64,000 nt of DNA from Spirochaetota bacterium (GCA_013151965.1 JAADHF010000112.1:29668-93667), one strand, 5' to 3'. Shown: positions 29,463 to 39,214, numbered from the stretch's first letter. Translations and numbers: made by a program. Notes: generated from the letters alone by a model not told the origin.

Positions 29463-30221
29463 CTACAGCATGCCGAGGTTAAGGTTGTTTCCGGGATTCT
29501 CGATTTCCTTTATCCGGTCACGCAGTTCCGCTGCACGTTCATAATTCTCATTCTTAACAGCTCTTTCCATATCCGTTTTAAGTTTTGCCAGGGGTGTCTC
29601 CCTGCTCTCCGCTACCTGCTTCAGCGTTGATTTAAGATAGTTAATCGATCTGATGCGTTCAAACTGAAAAGCAGGAGTATCAATTTCCGGCATCGCTTCG
29701 ATATCATTTATAGCTGATTTAAGAATCTCTCTGGCCGTAGTTTTCATCTCATGATGCAGGAGAATCATGGCCCGTGAAATGGCATTCATCCGCAGAATAT
29801 AAGGCCTGTACTGGAGTATCTCTTTTTTATCCTCTTCATTCTCCGCATAATCTTCGACAATATCGCATACCTTCAGATTATGTTCGGTATCTCTTACCGT
29901 CCTTTTAAAATCACCGATCTGAAACAGAACGAGATAACGGAAGTAGTACAGGATGCCTTCGTTCTGGATCTGCAGAAAATCTTCATGACTTATTGTATAA
30001 CCGGGATTGCCGTCTATCCGGGAGAAGAATTCATCCAGTACCGATTCCCTGTTAAAAGGTCTCTTACCGTCCGGCCTGCCCTCCAGTTCATACTGCTCTA
30101 TTCCGAGCGGCTGCCTGACCTGGAGCACATCCCTTCCGTCATCCGCCTGTATAATTCGAATTTGATCTCCCGGCTCATATTCCCATTTTTTTAATAAACC
30201 AGTAATATCCTGACTCATCAC
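29463..30221 (-). CDS. Hypothetical protein with a C-terminal UVR (UvrB/UvrC-type) motif
   Basis: The C-terminus ENYERAAELRDRIKEI matches the UVR domain. The N-terminal 200 aa are unassigned. Confidence 0.5.
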   Translation of the reverse strand: MMSQDITGLLKKWEYEPGDQIRIIQADDGRDVLQVRQPLGIEQYELEGRPDGKRPFNRESVLDEFFSRIDGNPGYTISHEDFLQIQNEGILYYFRYLVLFQIGDFKRTVRDTEHNLKVCDIVEDYAENEEDKKEILQYRPYILRMNAISRAMILLHHEMKTTAREILKSAINDIEAMPEIDTPAFQFERIRSINYLKSTLKQVAESRETPLAKLKTDMERAVKNENYERAAELRDRIKEIENPGNNLNLGML

Positions 30222-30306
30222 TCTACCCGTTTTCTCTTCCTTAATTATAATTATACAGTAAAATAGTCCGCCACGCTACCTTCTTTAAAAGTTATTTTTT
30301 AAGCCG

Positions 30307-31257
30307 TCATTTTCCGGGGCGGTTAACCGCATGAACGGCTTTCCCTGTTGTAAGGTATTCCGCAATCTGGTTAATAACCATAACGGCTACATTAACCTGG
30401 GCCTCCCTGGTAGAAGCTCCTATATGAGGCGTCGCCGTGACCCCGGGATGATTCACAAGACTTAAGTCCGAAGGGGGTTCCGATTCGTAAACATCTATTC
30501 CGGCTGCTGCAACCTTACCACTCTCAAGTGCATCGAGCAGATCCTTTTCCACAACTATTCCGCCCCGCGAACAGTTAATAAAGATAACACCATTCCTCAT
30601 CTTTGTAAAAGCCGCCCTGTTTATAAGGCCTGCTGTTTCTCTGTTACTCGGAACATGTATGGAAATAAAATCCGATTTGTTCAGCAGATCTTCAAAATCG
30701 GTAAGCTCCGCACCTATTTCCTTTGCTCTTTCCCGTGAAAGATACGGATCATACGCAATAACAGTCATTCCAAGTGCTCCCGCCCTTTCTGCGACGATAC
30801 CGCCCACAAAACCCGTACCGATTATACCGAGTGTCTTGCCGAGTAATTCTACTCCCATAAAGAGTTTCTTTTCCCATCTTCCGGCCTTCATGGAACTATC
30901 CGCCTGTGCTATCTTACGCGCTGCTGCAAACATCAGAGCAACAGCTAATTCCGCTGCCGCTTCGGCGTTGCCGCCCGGTGTATTCATAACAATGATGTTA
31001 TTTTCCGTTGCGGCGTCGATGTCGATATTATCAACACCCGCGCCTGCTCTTCCTATCACCTTTAATTTCCCTGCCGCCTTTATTACCCTTTCCGTTACCT
31101 TTGTTGCCGACCTCACTACCAGTGCATGGTACTCCGGTATTTCTGCAGCAAGTTCGTCCTCTGTCATACCGGTCTTAACAACCGCTTCGATTCCTCTATG
31201 TTTTTTAAGTTCATCGAGCCCTTCCGCCGCTATTTTGTCGGAGATTAATATCTTCAT
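30307..31257 (-). CDS. D-isomer-specific 2-hydroxyacid dehydrogenase (short SerA-like D-3-phosphoglycerate dehydrogenase)
   Basis: The NAD-binding motif GIIGTGFVGG is present, together with a catalytic R/E/H arrangement (RGG...E...HIGAST). Confidence 0.8.
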   Translation of the reverse strand: MKILISDKIAAEGLDELKKHRGIEAVVKTGMTEDELAAEIPEYHALVVRSATKVTERVIKAAGKLKVIGRAGAGVDNIDIDAATENNIIVMNTPGGNAEAAAELAVALMFAAARKIAQADSSMKAGRWEKKLFMGVELLGKTLGIIGTGFVGGIVAERAGALGMTVIAYDPYLSRERAKEIGAELTDFEDLLNKSDFISIHVPSNRETAGLINRAAFTKMRNGVIFINCSRGGIVVEKDLLDALESGKVAAAGIDVYESEPPSDLSLVNHPGVTATPHIGASTREAQVNVAVMVINQIAEYLTTGKAVHAVNRPGK

Positions 31258-31448
31258 TTACAGTGTCCTTTCTTATAACAGATTATAATTGCAGTTCTAC
31301 CCGGGCAGGAATGGCAGACCTTGCCCGCCCGTCAGAATCCACACCCATATTAGTCCCTTTTTTCCTGGAAAAATCAACAGAAAAACCATTAACTTAATGG
31401 TAAAATTTGCTTGAATATTTTAAAAAACATGACTAATCTTAATTCAGG

Positions 31449-32165
31449 ATGGATAATCTTAAAAGACACAACACTCCGGTGCATGTAATCTCACTCGGAG
31501 GATCACTCATAGCGCCGGATACTGTGGACACGGATTTCCTTAAGAAATTCAAAAGAGCAGTTACGGAATACTTAAGCGAAGACATAATGAGAAAACTGAT
31601 TCTTGTATGCGGAGGCGGAGCAACGGCAAGAAAATACCAGCAGTCCTACACAAGCATAATTCCGGATGCAGCGCCGGAAGAACTGGACTGGATAGGAATA
31701 AGGGCAACCAGACTTAATGCCGAACTTGTTAAAAATATCTTCAGGGAATACACTGCCGACATGGTTGTTACCGATCCTACCGCAGTTTCCGTTTTTGCAG
31801 GCCGTATTCTTGTTGCATCAGGCTGGAAGCCCGGTTTTTCCACGGATTATGATTCCGTTATACTTGCAGAAAAGTTCTTTGCCGGTACTATCATCAATCT
31901 CTCGAATATAGAAAAGGTCTATTCCGAAGATCCTAAGAAAAACCCGGATGCCGTACCGATGGATAAAATAACCTGGCCCGAGTTTCAAAAACTTGTGGGA
32001 AATGTATGGAAACCCGGCATCAATGTACCCTTCGACCCTGTAGCCTCGAAAAGAGCCGCACAAAAGGGTCTTCGTGTTGTGATTGCATCCGGCAGTAATA
32101 TTCCCAACCTTCTCAGCATACTAAGGGGGGATAAGTTTACCGGCACCAGTATCGTCCCGGCTTAA
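31449..32165 (+). CDS. pyrH: UMP kinase, archaeal type (amino-acid-kinase family)
   Basis: LVCGGGATARKY, IGIRATRLNA, KVYSEDPKKNPDA and the C-terminal GDKFTGTSIVP follow archaeal-type PyrH rather than the bacterial GGGNxxRG type. Confidence 0.75.
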   Translation: MDNLKRHNTPVHVISLGGSLIAPDTVDTDFLKKFKRAVTEYLSEDIMRKLILVCGGGATARKYQQSYTSIIPDAAPEELDWIGIRATRLNAELVKNIFREYTADMVVTDPTAVSVFAGRILVASGWKPGFSTDYDSVILAEKFFAGTIINLSNIEKVYSEDPKKNPDAVPMDKITWPEFQKLVGNVWKPGINVPFDPVASKRAAQKGLRVVIASGSNIPNLLSILRGDKFTGTSIVPA

Positions 32166-32191
32166 GGTTTATCGGATGATCTGGATACTCC

Positions 32192-33154
32192 TCATCTCAC
32201 ATTATATCCGCCGGTGAAATGCCATAATGGTTTTGCCATATCACGGGGGAAGGGATTGTGCTTTTTAAAATCAGGCATCCATTCGTCACTTTCGGAGAAT
32301 TCCTGCATAAACCCGTCATCTATCTCTAATTTAAAAAGATAGTCCGTTACGGCACTGTATTCGTCAGCGGAAAGCATTCCGGGTATTCCGGTTTCCGATT
32401 CTTTTGTTCCTCTGTGCGTATCCACAGGAATAAACTGAAACATCAAAGAAAGGACAGCCCTTTTATACCACCTGTCCTTAAACAGTTTTAAAATTTCATA
32501 GGTTGATTCAAGGGCACCCGGAATAACGAGATGCCGCAATATTACCCCGCGGACCATCCTTTTATCATACATTTTAAGGGACTTCATATCTATCATACTG
32601 CCGGCCGCTTCCGCGGCAATTTCGGGATACAAAGCCGCTTTAAATAAATTCAGAGAAGCTTTCACGGACAAACTTTTTAAATCCGTTAAAAAAATATCCA
32701 CGGTATTTTTTAACAATATCAGCGATTCTTCTTTCTCGAAACCCGATGTATTCCAGACGATGGGTATTCCGAGCCCCTTTTTACGCGCCCTTTCCACGGC
32801 ATCGACAATATGAGGAATAAAATGTGTCCCGGTAACAAGATTGATATTTTCGGCATTCATCTTTTCCAGTCCAAGCATAATATCCGAAAGTTCTCCGGCA
32901 GTGACTACGGATCCTATCCGGCTGCCGGAAAGCTGATAATTCTGACAGAAAGTACATTGCAGAGTACACCCGGTAAAAAATATTGTGCCCGAGCCGTTTT
33001 TCCCTGTAATAACCGGTTCTTCGCCATAATGGATACCGGCCCATGCAATTCTTACATCTGCGGATTCTCCGCAGAAACCGGTTCTGCCTTTTAACCTGTT
33101 AACACAACAATTTCTCGGACATAATGTGCAGTGTTCATAACCTTTATGATTCAT
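32192..33154 (-). CDS. Radical SAM protein (COG1313/PflX-like)
   Basis: CTLQCTFCQN is the CxxxCxxC motif. There is an additional N-terminal Cys cluster CTLCPRNCCVN. Confidence 0.75.
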   Translation of the reverse strand: MNHKGYEHCTLCPRNCCVNRLKGRTGFCGESADVRIAWAGIHYGEEPVITGKNGSGTIFFTGCTLQCTFCQNYQLSGSRIGSVVTAGELSDIMLGLEKMNAENINLVTGTHFIPHIVDAVERARKKGLGIPIVWNTSGFEKEESLILLKNTVDIFLTDLKSLSVKASLNLFKAALYPEIAAEAAGSMIDMKSLKMYDKRMVRGVILRHLVIPGALESTYEILKLFKDRWYKRAVLSLMFQFIPVDTHRGTKESETGIPGMLSADEYSAVTDYLFKLEIDDGFMQEFSESDEWMPDFKKHNPFPRDMAKPLWHFTGGYNVR

Positions 33155-33282
33155 TGTATGAATATATCTTTACAACAGAACTGATTTCTTGACAAGATAC
33201 GGAAAGATAACTATTCTTTACCACTGTCACAGGTACTTAAAGGTTCCGTTTTTAAGCACATGAGGAAAGTGCTGCAAATTAT

Positions 33283-33367
33283 GCCGGCGTGATGAAATTG
33301 GTAGACGTGCCAGACTCAAAATCTGGTGGGCCTTGCGCCCGTGTCGGTTCGACTCCGACCGCCGGCA
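33283..33367 (+). tRNA. tRNA-Leu (anticodon CAA)
   Basis: The acceptor stem is GCCGGCG / CGCCGGC. The anticodon stem-loop CCAGA-CTCAAAA-TCTGG gives anticodon CAA. There is a long variable arm, a T-arm GGTTCGACTCC and discriminator A. No CCA is encoded. Confidence 0.85.
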
Positions 33368-33376
33368 TATATCGTA

Positions 33377-34054
33377 ATGAAAATATTAATAGTTGAGGAT
33401 GACAGCAGAATTGCCACGTTTATTTCCAGAGGATTGACGCAGGCCGGTTACACGGTAGATCATCTGGAAAGTGCGGAAGAGTGCCTCCGGATTACCAAAA
33501 ACATACCGTACGACCTGATAATAATCGATATAATGCTTCCCGGAATGGACGGCATAACATTGATAGAGACTCTAAGAAGCAGGGGTTCTATCATGCCGAT
33601 ACTTATTTTAAGTGCCAGACAGTCCGTAGATGACAAGGTAGAAGGGTTAAGGCACGGCGGCGATGATTACCTTACCAAACCTTTTTCATTTACAGAACTT
33701 CTTGCAAGAATCCAGGCCCTTATAAGAAGATCCAGCCGCATATCGGGCAGTTCCGCAAAACTAACAGCAGGCGATCTCTCCCTCGACCTTTACAGTCATG
33801 AAGTAAAACGGTCAGGGCAGAAAATCGATCTAAGACCGAGAGAATTTGCCCTGCTTGAATACCTCATGCGGAACGCCGGTAATGTTCTGACAAAAACCAT
33901 GATAATGGAAAAGGTCTGGAATTACGATTTCGATCCGCAGACAAATATCGTGGATGTGCTTATATCCAGGTTGAGAAATAAAATCGATAAGGATTATGAA
34001 AATAAAATGATAAAAACCATCCGCGGTGTGGGCTATGTTCTTCAGGTCACTTAA
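33377..34054 (+). CDS. OmpR/PhoB-family response regulator
   Basis: MKILIVEDD, DIMLPGMDG and KP are present, with a winged-helix C-terminus (LRPREFALLEYL...IKTIRGVGY). The start is 9 nt after the tRNA 3' end. The upstream ATG at 33326 is rejected because it lies inside the tRNA. Confidence 0.88.
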   Translation: MKILIVEDDSRIATFISRGLTQAGYTVDHLESAEECLRITKNIPYDLIIIDIMLPGMDGITLIETLRSRGSIMPILILSARQSVDDKVEGLRHGGDDYLTKPFSFTELLARIQALIRRSSRISGSSAKLTAGDLSLDLYSHEVKRSGQKIDLRPREFALLEYLMRNAGNVLTKTMIMEKVWNYDFDPQTNIVDVLISRLRNKIDKDYENKMIKTIRGVGYVLQVT

Positions 34055-35423
34055 ATTCCGTATTGCCCTGTTTTTTCTCATCCTTTTTATTTCAGGTGCC
34101 GCAATACTGTACAGTACTTCCTATCTTTTTTTTACAAGATCGCTAAAAAATGATTTCAATAATGAAATGAGATTCCTCCTTTTGAATTTCTGGGCACAGT
34201 ACCAGTCCGGCGGTCTCGAATTTTTATCACAGGAACTTGTCCGGAACAAATATGAAGGAAAAGCCTTTCTTATCCGCATAGCAGACAGGACAAATACGAC
34301 ACTTTTCCTTCTCTACCCGAAATTATGGGATAATTTTAATTTCGATTCCCTGGACAGGATAAAACCGGCCGATAACGGGAACGGTATTCTTCTTAAAACC
34401 CCGGAATATTTATGGAATATAGAGGTAAAAACGGTACTTCTGCCTGACAGCAATATCCTTCAGGTCGGGATCAGTAACGAGGACACAATAAAAATGCTTA
34501 AACATTTTCGGGGTATCTTTCTGCTGGCTCTGCTCCCGGTTCTCCTTATAAGTTTTGCAGGGTTTTTCTTATTTGCAGCAGGTGCTTTAAAACCCCTCGA
34601 TAAAGTAATCGATACTGCGGATAACATAATCAGAACAGGAAAAATAAAGACAAGGATTCCATATAAAGACAGCGGAGACGAGATCTCAAAACTTATCAAT
34701 ACCTTTAACACAATGTTAAACAGCATAGACTCTTCCATGGAAAGGATGAAAAACACCCTTGATAATGTTGCCCATGACCTTAGAACTCCGATGACACGCC
34801 TGCAGGGAACAGCAGAAATAGCCATCGGAACTGCAAAAAACAGCGAAATGTACAGAGAAGCCCTGCAGGAATGCGTGGATGATACCAGGACCATAATGAC
34901 GCTTGTAAATACGCTTATGGATATTTCCGAAGCGGAAACAGGTATCATGAAATTAAGAAAATTATCCGCCGATATTTCCCTGCTGGTTAAGGATGTTGCA
35001 GAATTCTATTACTACCCTGCAGATGAAAAGGGAATAACCATTACAACGGATATACCTAAAAATATCTCTGCGGAAATCGACATAAACAGGATAAGACAGG
35101 TCCTGGCCAATATTCTCGATAACGCCGTTAAATATACTCCCGAAAACGGTGAAATAAACGTTTCCCTCTACAGGGAAACAATTAACGGAACACCTCATAT
35201 TTGTATAAGAATCTCTGATAACGGACCGGGTATTCCCGAACAGGATATTGAACACATATGGAACAGGCTTTACAGGGCTGATAATACCAGGAACATAAAA
35301 GGCCTGGGATTGGGCTTAAGCCTTGCAAAAGCAATTGTAGAGGCTCATAACGGCAGCATAAAAGCGGAAAACAGAAAGAATCACGGAGCCGTATTTACCA
35401 TATCTTTGCCCGTCCGTCAATAA
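34026..35423 (+). CDS. Sensor histidine kinase (2 TM, HAMP, HisKA, HATPase_c)
   Basis: The H-box is HDLRTPMTRL. The N, G1 and G2 boxes are present (NAVKYT, DNGPGI, GLGLGLS). Confidence 0.85.
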   Translation: MWAMFFRSLKFRIALFFLILFISGAAILYSTSYLFFTRSLKNDFNNEMRFLLLNFWAQYQSGGLEFLSQELVRNKYEGKAFLIRIADRTNTTLFLLYPKLWDNFNFDSLDRIKPADNGNGILLKTPEYLWNIEVKTVLLPDSNILQVGISNEDTIKMLKHFRGIFLLALLPVLLISFAGFFLFAAGALKPLDKVIDTADNIIRTGKIKTRIPYKDSGDEISKLINTFNTMLNSIDSSMERMKNTLDNVAHDLRTPMTRLQGTAEIAIGTAKNSEMYREALQECVDDTRTIMTLVNTLMDISEAETGIMKLRKLSADISLLVKDVAEFYYYPADEKGITITTDIPKNISAEIDINRIRQVLANILDNAVKYTPENGEINVSLYRETINGTPHICIRISDNGPGIPEQDIEHIWNRLYRADNTRNIKGLGLGLSLAKAIVEAHNGSIKAENRKNHGAVFTISLPVRQ

Positions 35424-35449
35424 TCCGAATACGGGTTAATTTGCCAACA

Positions 35450-35463
35450 TTACAAAATTGTAA
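35450..35463. promoter_or_regulatory. Inverted repeat TTACAA-aa-TTGTAA in the htrA promoter region, a candidate operator for the upstream OmpR-type regulator
   Basis: 6-bp perfect arms read from the sequence, about 75 nt upstream of the htrA ATG. Any regulatory role is inferred. Confidence 0.2.
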
Positions 35464-35537
35464 CATTTCCGTAATCCTTCTGTAATAATTCATCATTATA
35501 CTATCTTTAAGTAAACAATAGATCCAAGGAGGATACT

Positions 35538-37082
35538 ATGAAGATCAAAAAATTTTTAGGTTCCAAAGGATTTCTGGCAGTAAACATTTTTTTAATTACC
35601 GCTGTCGCCGTAATCCTGGTTGTTTCCCTTTCGGGATTCGGAGGCAGAGGAGAACAGCAGACACCCCAGCCTGTGAACAATCAACAGCCTTCAGGTACTG
35701 CAGTTCAGCCTCAGCAGACCGGAAATACTTCCGGAAGCGGGGGAATACAGGCACTGAAAGAAATGCAGTTCTCATTCAGGACTGTTGCCAGCAGGGTTAT
35801 TCCTACCGTTGTGGAAGTAGATGTTGTTGATATTATCAAACAGCCCGTTCCGCAGTTAACAAATCCATTTGAGTTCTTCTTCGGGCCCCAGGGAAATAAT
35901 CAGGAAAAGAAACAGTACAGGGAGTATAAACAGTACGGACTCGGTTCCGGTGTTATAGTAAAGAGGTCCGGAAATAAAGTTTATGTACTTACCAACAACC
36001 ATGTCGTGGGAAAAGCGGAAGAGATAAGTATAAAACTGCACGATCAGAGAATTTTTAAAGCCAAGCTTGTAGGCAAGGATGAGAAAAAAGACCTTGCCCT
36101 TGTTGTTTTCAAAACAAAACAGTCCGTTCCCATAGCGGAGCTCGGCGACTCGAACACTCTGCAGGTCGGCGACTGGGTACTGGCAGTGGGCAATCCTCTC
36201 GGCTTTGAATCCACAGTAACAGCCGGTATTGTAAGTGCAATCGGAAGACATCCCATAAGGGGCAGCGGAATTGCTACATTTACAAATTATATTCAGACGG
36301 ATGCTGCAATAAACCGCGGAAATTCCGGGGGTGCTTTAGTTAACTTAGACGGACAGGTCGTCGGAATAAACTCATGGATAGCTTCTCCCTCCGGAGGAAG
36401 TATCGGTCTCGGTTTTGCAATTCCGATTAATACGGCAAAAAAAGCCATAAATGAATTTATAACAAAGGGTAAAATCGAATACGGCTGGCTCGGTGTTTCC
36501 ATGGGTGATGTTTCTCCCCAGATTGCAGCCGGATTCGGCTTAAAGAACCATTCAGGTGCCTTTATATACGGCGTTTTTAAAGGGTCTCCCGCAGGCAAAA
36601 GCGGCATCCTGCCCGGAGACATTATTACAAAGATTAACAACCGGACAATTAAAGATTCTACCGAACTCTTAATGACAATAGGTGATCTTCCTCCGAACCA
36701 CACAATTACGATCGGAATCTACAGATACGGCACTACTACGGAAGTTAAAGTTAAACTCGCAACACGTGAAGAGGAAAAAAAGATTGCCAAAAAGGCAGAT
36801 AAACTCTGGCCCGGATTATATGCGGTGCCTATTACTCCGGACATCAGAAAACAGCTTAAACTATCCTCCCGTGACGGTGATGTTATTTTAGGAAATGTGA
36901 TACAGGGCAGTCCGGCTGCAATAGCTGGTTTTAGACCCGGAGATATAGTAAAGAAAATAAACGGCACGGATATAAAAACACTTACGGACTTTTATAAAGC
37001 GTTAAACAATTTAAAAGAGAGAAAACTGCTCTTTAATCTGGTTCGCGAAAATAATTCGATCATTATAGGTCTGGTAAGATAA
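35538..37082 (+). CDS. htrA: HtrA/DegP-family periplasmic serine protease with two PDZ domains
   Basis: The catalytic triad context is NNHVV, DLALV and GNSGGAL. An N-terminal TM/signal anchor and two PDZ domains are present. The RBS is AAGGAGGA. Confidence 0.88.
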   Translation: MKIKKFLGSKGFLAVNIFLITAVAVILVVSLSGFGGRGEQQTPQPVNNQQPSGTAVQPQQTGNTSGSGGIQALKEMQFSFRTVASRVIPTVVEVDVVDIIKQPVPQLTNPFEFFFGPQGNNQEKKQYREYKQYGLGSGVIVKRSGNKVYVLTNNHVVGKAEEISIKLHDQRIFKAKLVGKDEKKDLALVVFKTKQSVPIAELGDSNTLQVGDWVLAVGNPLGFESTVTAGIVSAIGRHPIRGSGIATFTNYIQTDAAINRGNSGGALVNLDGQVVGINSWIASPSGGSIGLGFAIPINTAKKAINEFITKGKIEYGWLGVSMGDVSPQIAAGFGLKNHSGAFIYGVFKGSPAGKSGILPGDIITKINNRTIKDSTELLMTIGDLPPNHTITIGIYRYGTTTEVKVKLATREEEKKIAKKADKLWPGLYAVPITPDIRKQLKLSSRDGDVILGNVIQGSPAAIAGFRPGDIVKKINGTDIKTLTDFYKALNNLKERKLLFNLVRENNSIIIGLVR

Positions 37083-37192
37083 GGTTTTAAAACTATGAAG
37101 ATATCGGGCATTCTATCCCCATTATATTACCCCTCCAATCAGGTCGCTCTTAAAAAACCGACCCTCCCTGGGGATAGAGGCCCGTATTTTAC

Positions 37193-38260
37193 TCAGCAGC
37201 TGTTATTTACCATAATAACCGACTTGATTACCTCACCCTTCATCATGCTGTAAAAACCTTCCACCGCTTTGTTAAATGTGAAAATTTTCACCCAGTTTCC
37301 AGCTCTCACTTTACCGGAAGATAATAATTCGACTGCCAGCATGTAATCTTCCTTCTTTGCACCATAAGAACCTATAATCTGTTTCTCCGCTGTAATAACA
37401 TCATAACTGCTTATCCCCGTTCTATCCTCACGTAATCCGAACCATCCCGCCGAACCTCCCGGACGAATAACTTTAAGAGCAGTTTCTTTGGTTTCTGACA
37501 AACCTATGGCATCGATACAAAAATCGAGCCCGTCACCGTACGAAAAATCACGGCATGCCTTTTCCGCATCCGTTCTTAAGGGATTAACAGCTGCTATTGC
37601 ACCAAGCTCCCCGGCAGTTTTAAGATTTGTGTCCTGCACATCTATCACAAGAACCTCGGCATTTTTAAGAACAAGTGATGCCTGCAGTATCATAAGCCCT
37701 ATTGTTCCCATTCCTATAATCGCCGCTCTCGGTTTTTTACTCTGATAACACTTTTTATCAGCCGAACCGTCTGTTTCGACATACCGCACCGGTATCCTGT
37801 TTAAAAGGTGAATGCTTACAGCCAGCGGCTCTGCAAGAGCACCCGAAACCGGATCGAGGCTGCCCGGAAGAGGATACAGAGAGGTAACCGGTACTGCTGC
37901 ATATTCCGCCATCCCGCCGGGCATGTTCATCCCGAACACCTTCCGGTTTTCACATAGGTTTGTTTCGCCTCTTTTGCATGCATTGCAATTTCCGCATGGG
38001 ATAACAGAATTTACCGCAACCGGCATGCCGGGCACAAGAAAAGATGATTCTGCCTGTATTTTTTCCACTGTCCCGCAGAACTCATGGCCTAAAATAAGAG
38101 GAGGAATTCTCCGCTTACTGGATGTTTTAAACGATTCGATTTCCGACCCGCAAATTCCGCATGCTTCCACCCGGATAACAGCTTCTCCGCTTTCCGGCTT
38201 CGGCTCCGCTACATCCTTTATCTTAAGTGTATTCCAGTCACTATACACCAATGCTTTCAT
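37193..38260 (-). CDS. Zinc-dependent medium-chain alcohol/polyol dehydrogenase
   Basis: The catalytic zinc motif is GHEFCGTV, the structural zinc motif is CGNCNACKRGETNLC, and the Rossmann motif is GMGTIG. Confidence 0.8.
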   Translation of the reverse strand: MKALVYSDWNTLKIKDVAEPKPESGEAVIRVEACGICGSEIESFKTSSKRRIPPLILGHEFCGTVEKIQAESSFLVPGMPVAVNSVIPCGNCNACKRGETNLCENRKVFGMNMPGGMAEYAAVPVTSLYPLPGSLDPVSGALAEPLAVSIHLLNRIPVRYVETDGSADKKCYQSKKPRAAIIGMGTIGLMILQASLVLKNAEVLVIDVQDTNLKTAGELGAIAAVNPLRTDAEKACRDFSYGDGLDFCIDAIGLSETKETALKVIRPGGSAGWFGLREDRTGISSYDVITAEKQIIGSYGAKKEDYMLAVELLSSGKVRAGNWVKIFTFNKAVEGFYSMMKGEVIKSVIMVNNSC

Positions 38261-38394
38261 AACTTTCTCCTGAATAATTCCTTATAATATGCAGAAAAAT
38301 AAAAAAGAAGTAACTGTATACATAGTATAATATTTTATTGTAGTAATTGAATATTAGCAACATGATACCATACGGATAAGGGAGATAAGGCAGG

Positions 38395-39183
38395 ATGGAA
38401 AAATATCTGTTTGATCTGAGCGGAAAAACCGCAATAGTAACAGGAGCAAGCAGAGGCCTCGGACAGTATTTTGCAAAAGCACTTTCCGGAGCCGGAGCAG
38501 ACTTAATCATAACCAGCAGACAAAAAGACCGCCTCGAAACCTTCCGCTCCGAAATAGAAACATCGGGGCGCAGAGTACTGCCGCTGGAACTCGATGTCAC
38601 GGATTACGGCAGTATACAGAGAATGGTCGAAAATGCATACAGCCATTACGGGAAAATCGATATACTCGTTAACAACGCCGGATGCAATGTGCGAAAACCT
38701 GCAGCGGATATTTCCTGGGAAGAGTGGAACACTGTTCTCGACACAAACCTCCGGGGCGCCTTTTTTACAGCACAGGCCGCTGCCAGGAAAATGATCCCCC
38801 GAAGGTACGGGAGAATTATTAACATCGGATCGGTTACTGCAGTATTCGGCTATGCCGGGCTGGCTCCCTATTGTGCAAGCCGAGGGGGCATAAAACAGTT
38901 AAGCATGAGCCTGGCTGATGACTGGGGAAGATACGGCATCACCGTTAATGTACTTGCACCAGGATGGTTTAAAACCGAACAGACAAAGGCACTCTACGGG
39001 AACAGTACATGGGTCGAGTATATAACGGATCGAATCCCGTTAAAGCGTCCGGGATTACCGCATGATCTCGACGGTGCTGTTGTGTTTTTAGCTTCTGACG
39101 CCAGTGCATATATCACGGGACAGACCCTGCTCGTTGACGGCGGAATCTCCACAGGTGCAACAAAAGCCACTGTACAAGATTGA
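38395..39183 (+). CDS. SDR-family oxidoreductase (gluconate-5-dehydrogenase/KduD-like)
   Basis: TGASRGLG is present, with the catalytic YxxxK at YCASRGGIK. Confidence 0.8.
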   Translation: MEKYLFDLSGKTAIVTGASRGLGQYFAKALSGAGADLIITSRQKDRLETFRSEIETSGRRVLPLELDVTDYGSIQRMVENAYSHYGKIDILVNNAGCNVRKPAADISWEEWNTVLDTNLRGAFFTAQAAARKMIPRRYGRIINIGSVTAVFGYAGLAPYCASRGGIKQLSMSLADDWGRYGITVNVLAPGWFKTEQTKALYGNSTWVEYITDRIPLKRPGLPHDLDGAVVFLASDASAYITGQTLLVDGGISTGATKATVQD

Positions 39184-39214
39184 CTGATTTTTTTAATATA
39201 GTATAATACATCTT

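Noticed and set aside
30659-31288. 209-aa plus-strand ORF rich in Ala/Ser/Pro
   Set aside because: It is antisense to the well-supported 2-hydroxyacid dehydrogenase gene and has low-complexity composition typical of a spurious reverse-frame ORF.
31258-31448. GC-rich hairpin-like segment (CCCGGGCAGG...CCTTGCCCGCCCG) in the divergent serA-like/pyrH intergenic region, a possible sRNA or attenuator
   Set aside because: The stem is imperfect and is not followed by a T-run. No supporting conserved motif was recognised, and it is more likely incidental secondary structure in a divergent promoter region.
33326-33376. Upstream ATG that would extend the OmpR-type regulator by 17 aa
   Set aside because: The extension lies entirely inside the tRNA-Leu gene, and the conserved receiver N-terminus begins at MKILIVEDD.
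34460-34948. 162-aa minus-strand ORF
   Set aside because: It is antisense inside the sensor histidine kinase gene.
36293-36703. 136-aa minus-strand ORF, with further small ORFs at 35856-36256
   Set aside because: They are antisense inside htrA, whose own frame has clear protease and PDZ motifs.
37812-38273. 153-aa plus-strand ORF
   Set aside because: It is antisense inside the Zn-ADH gene.
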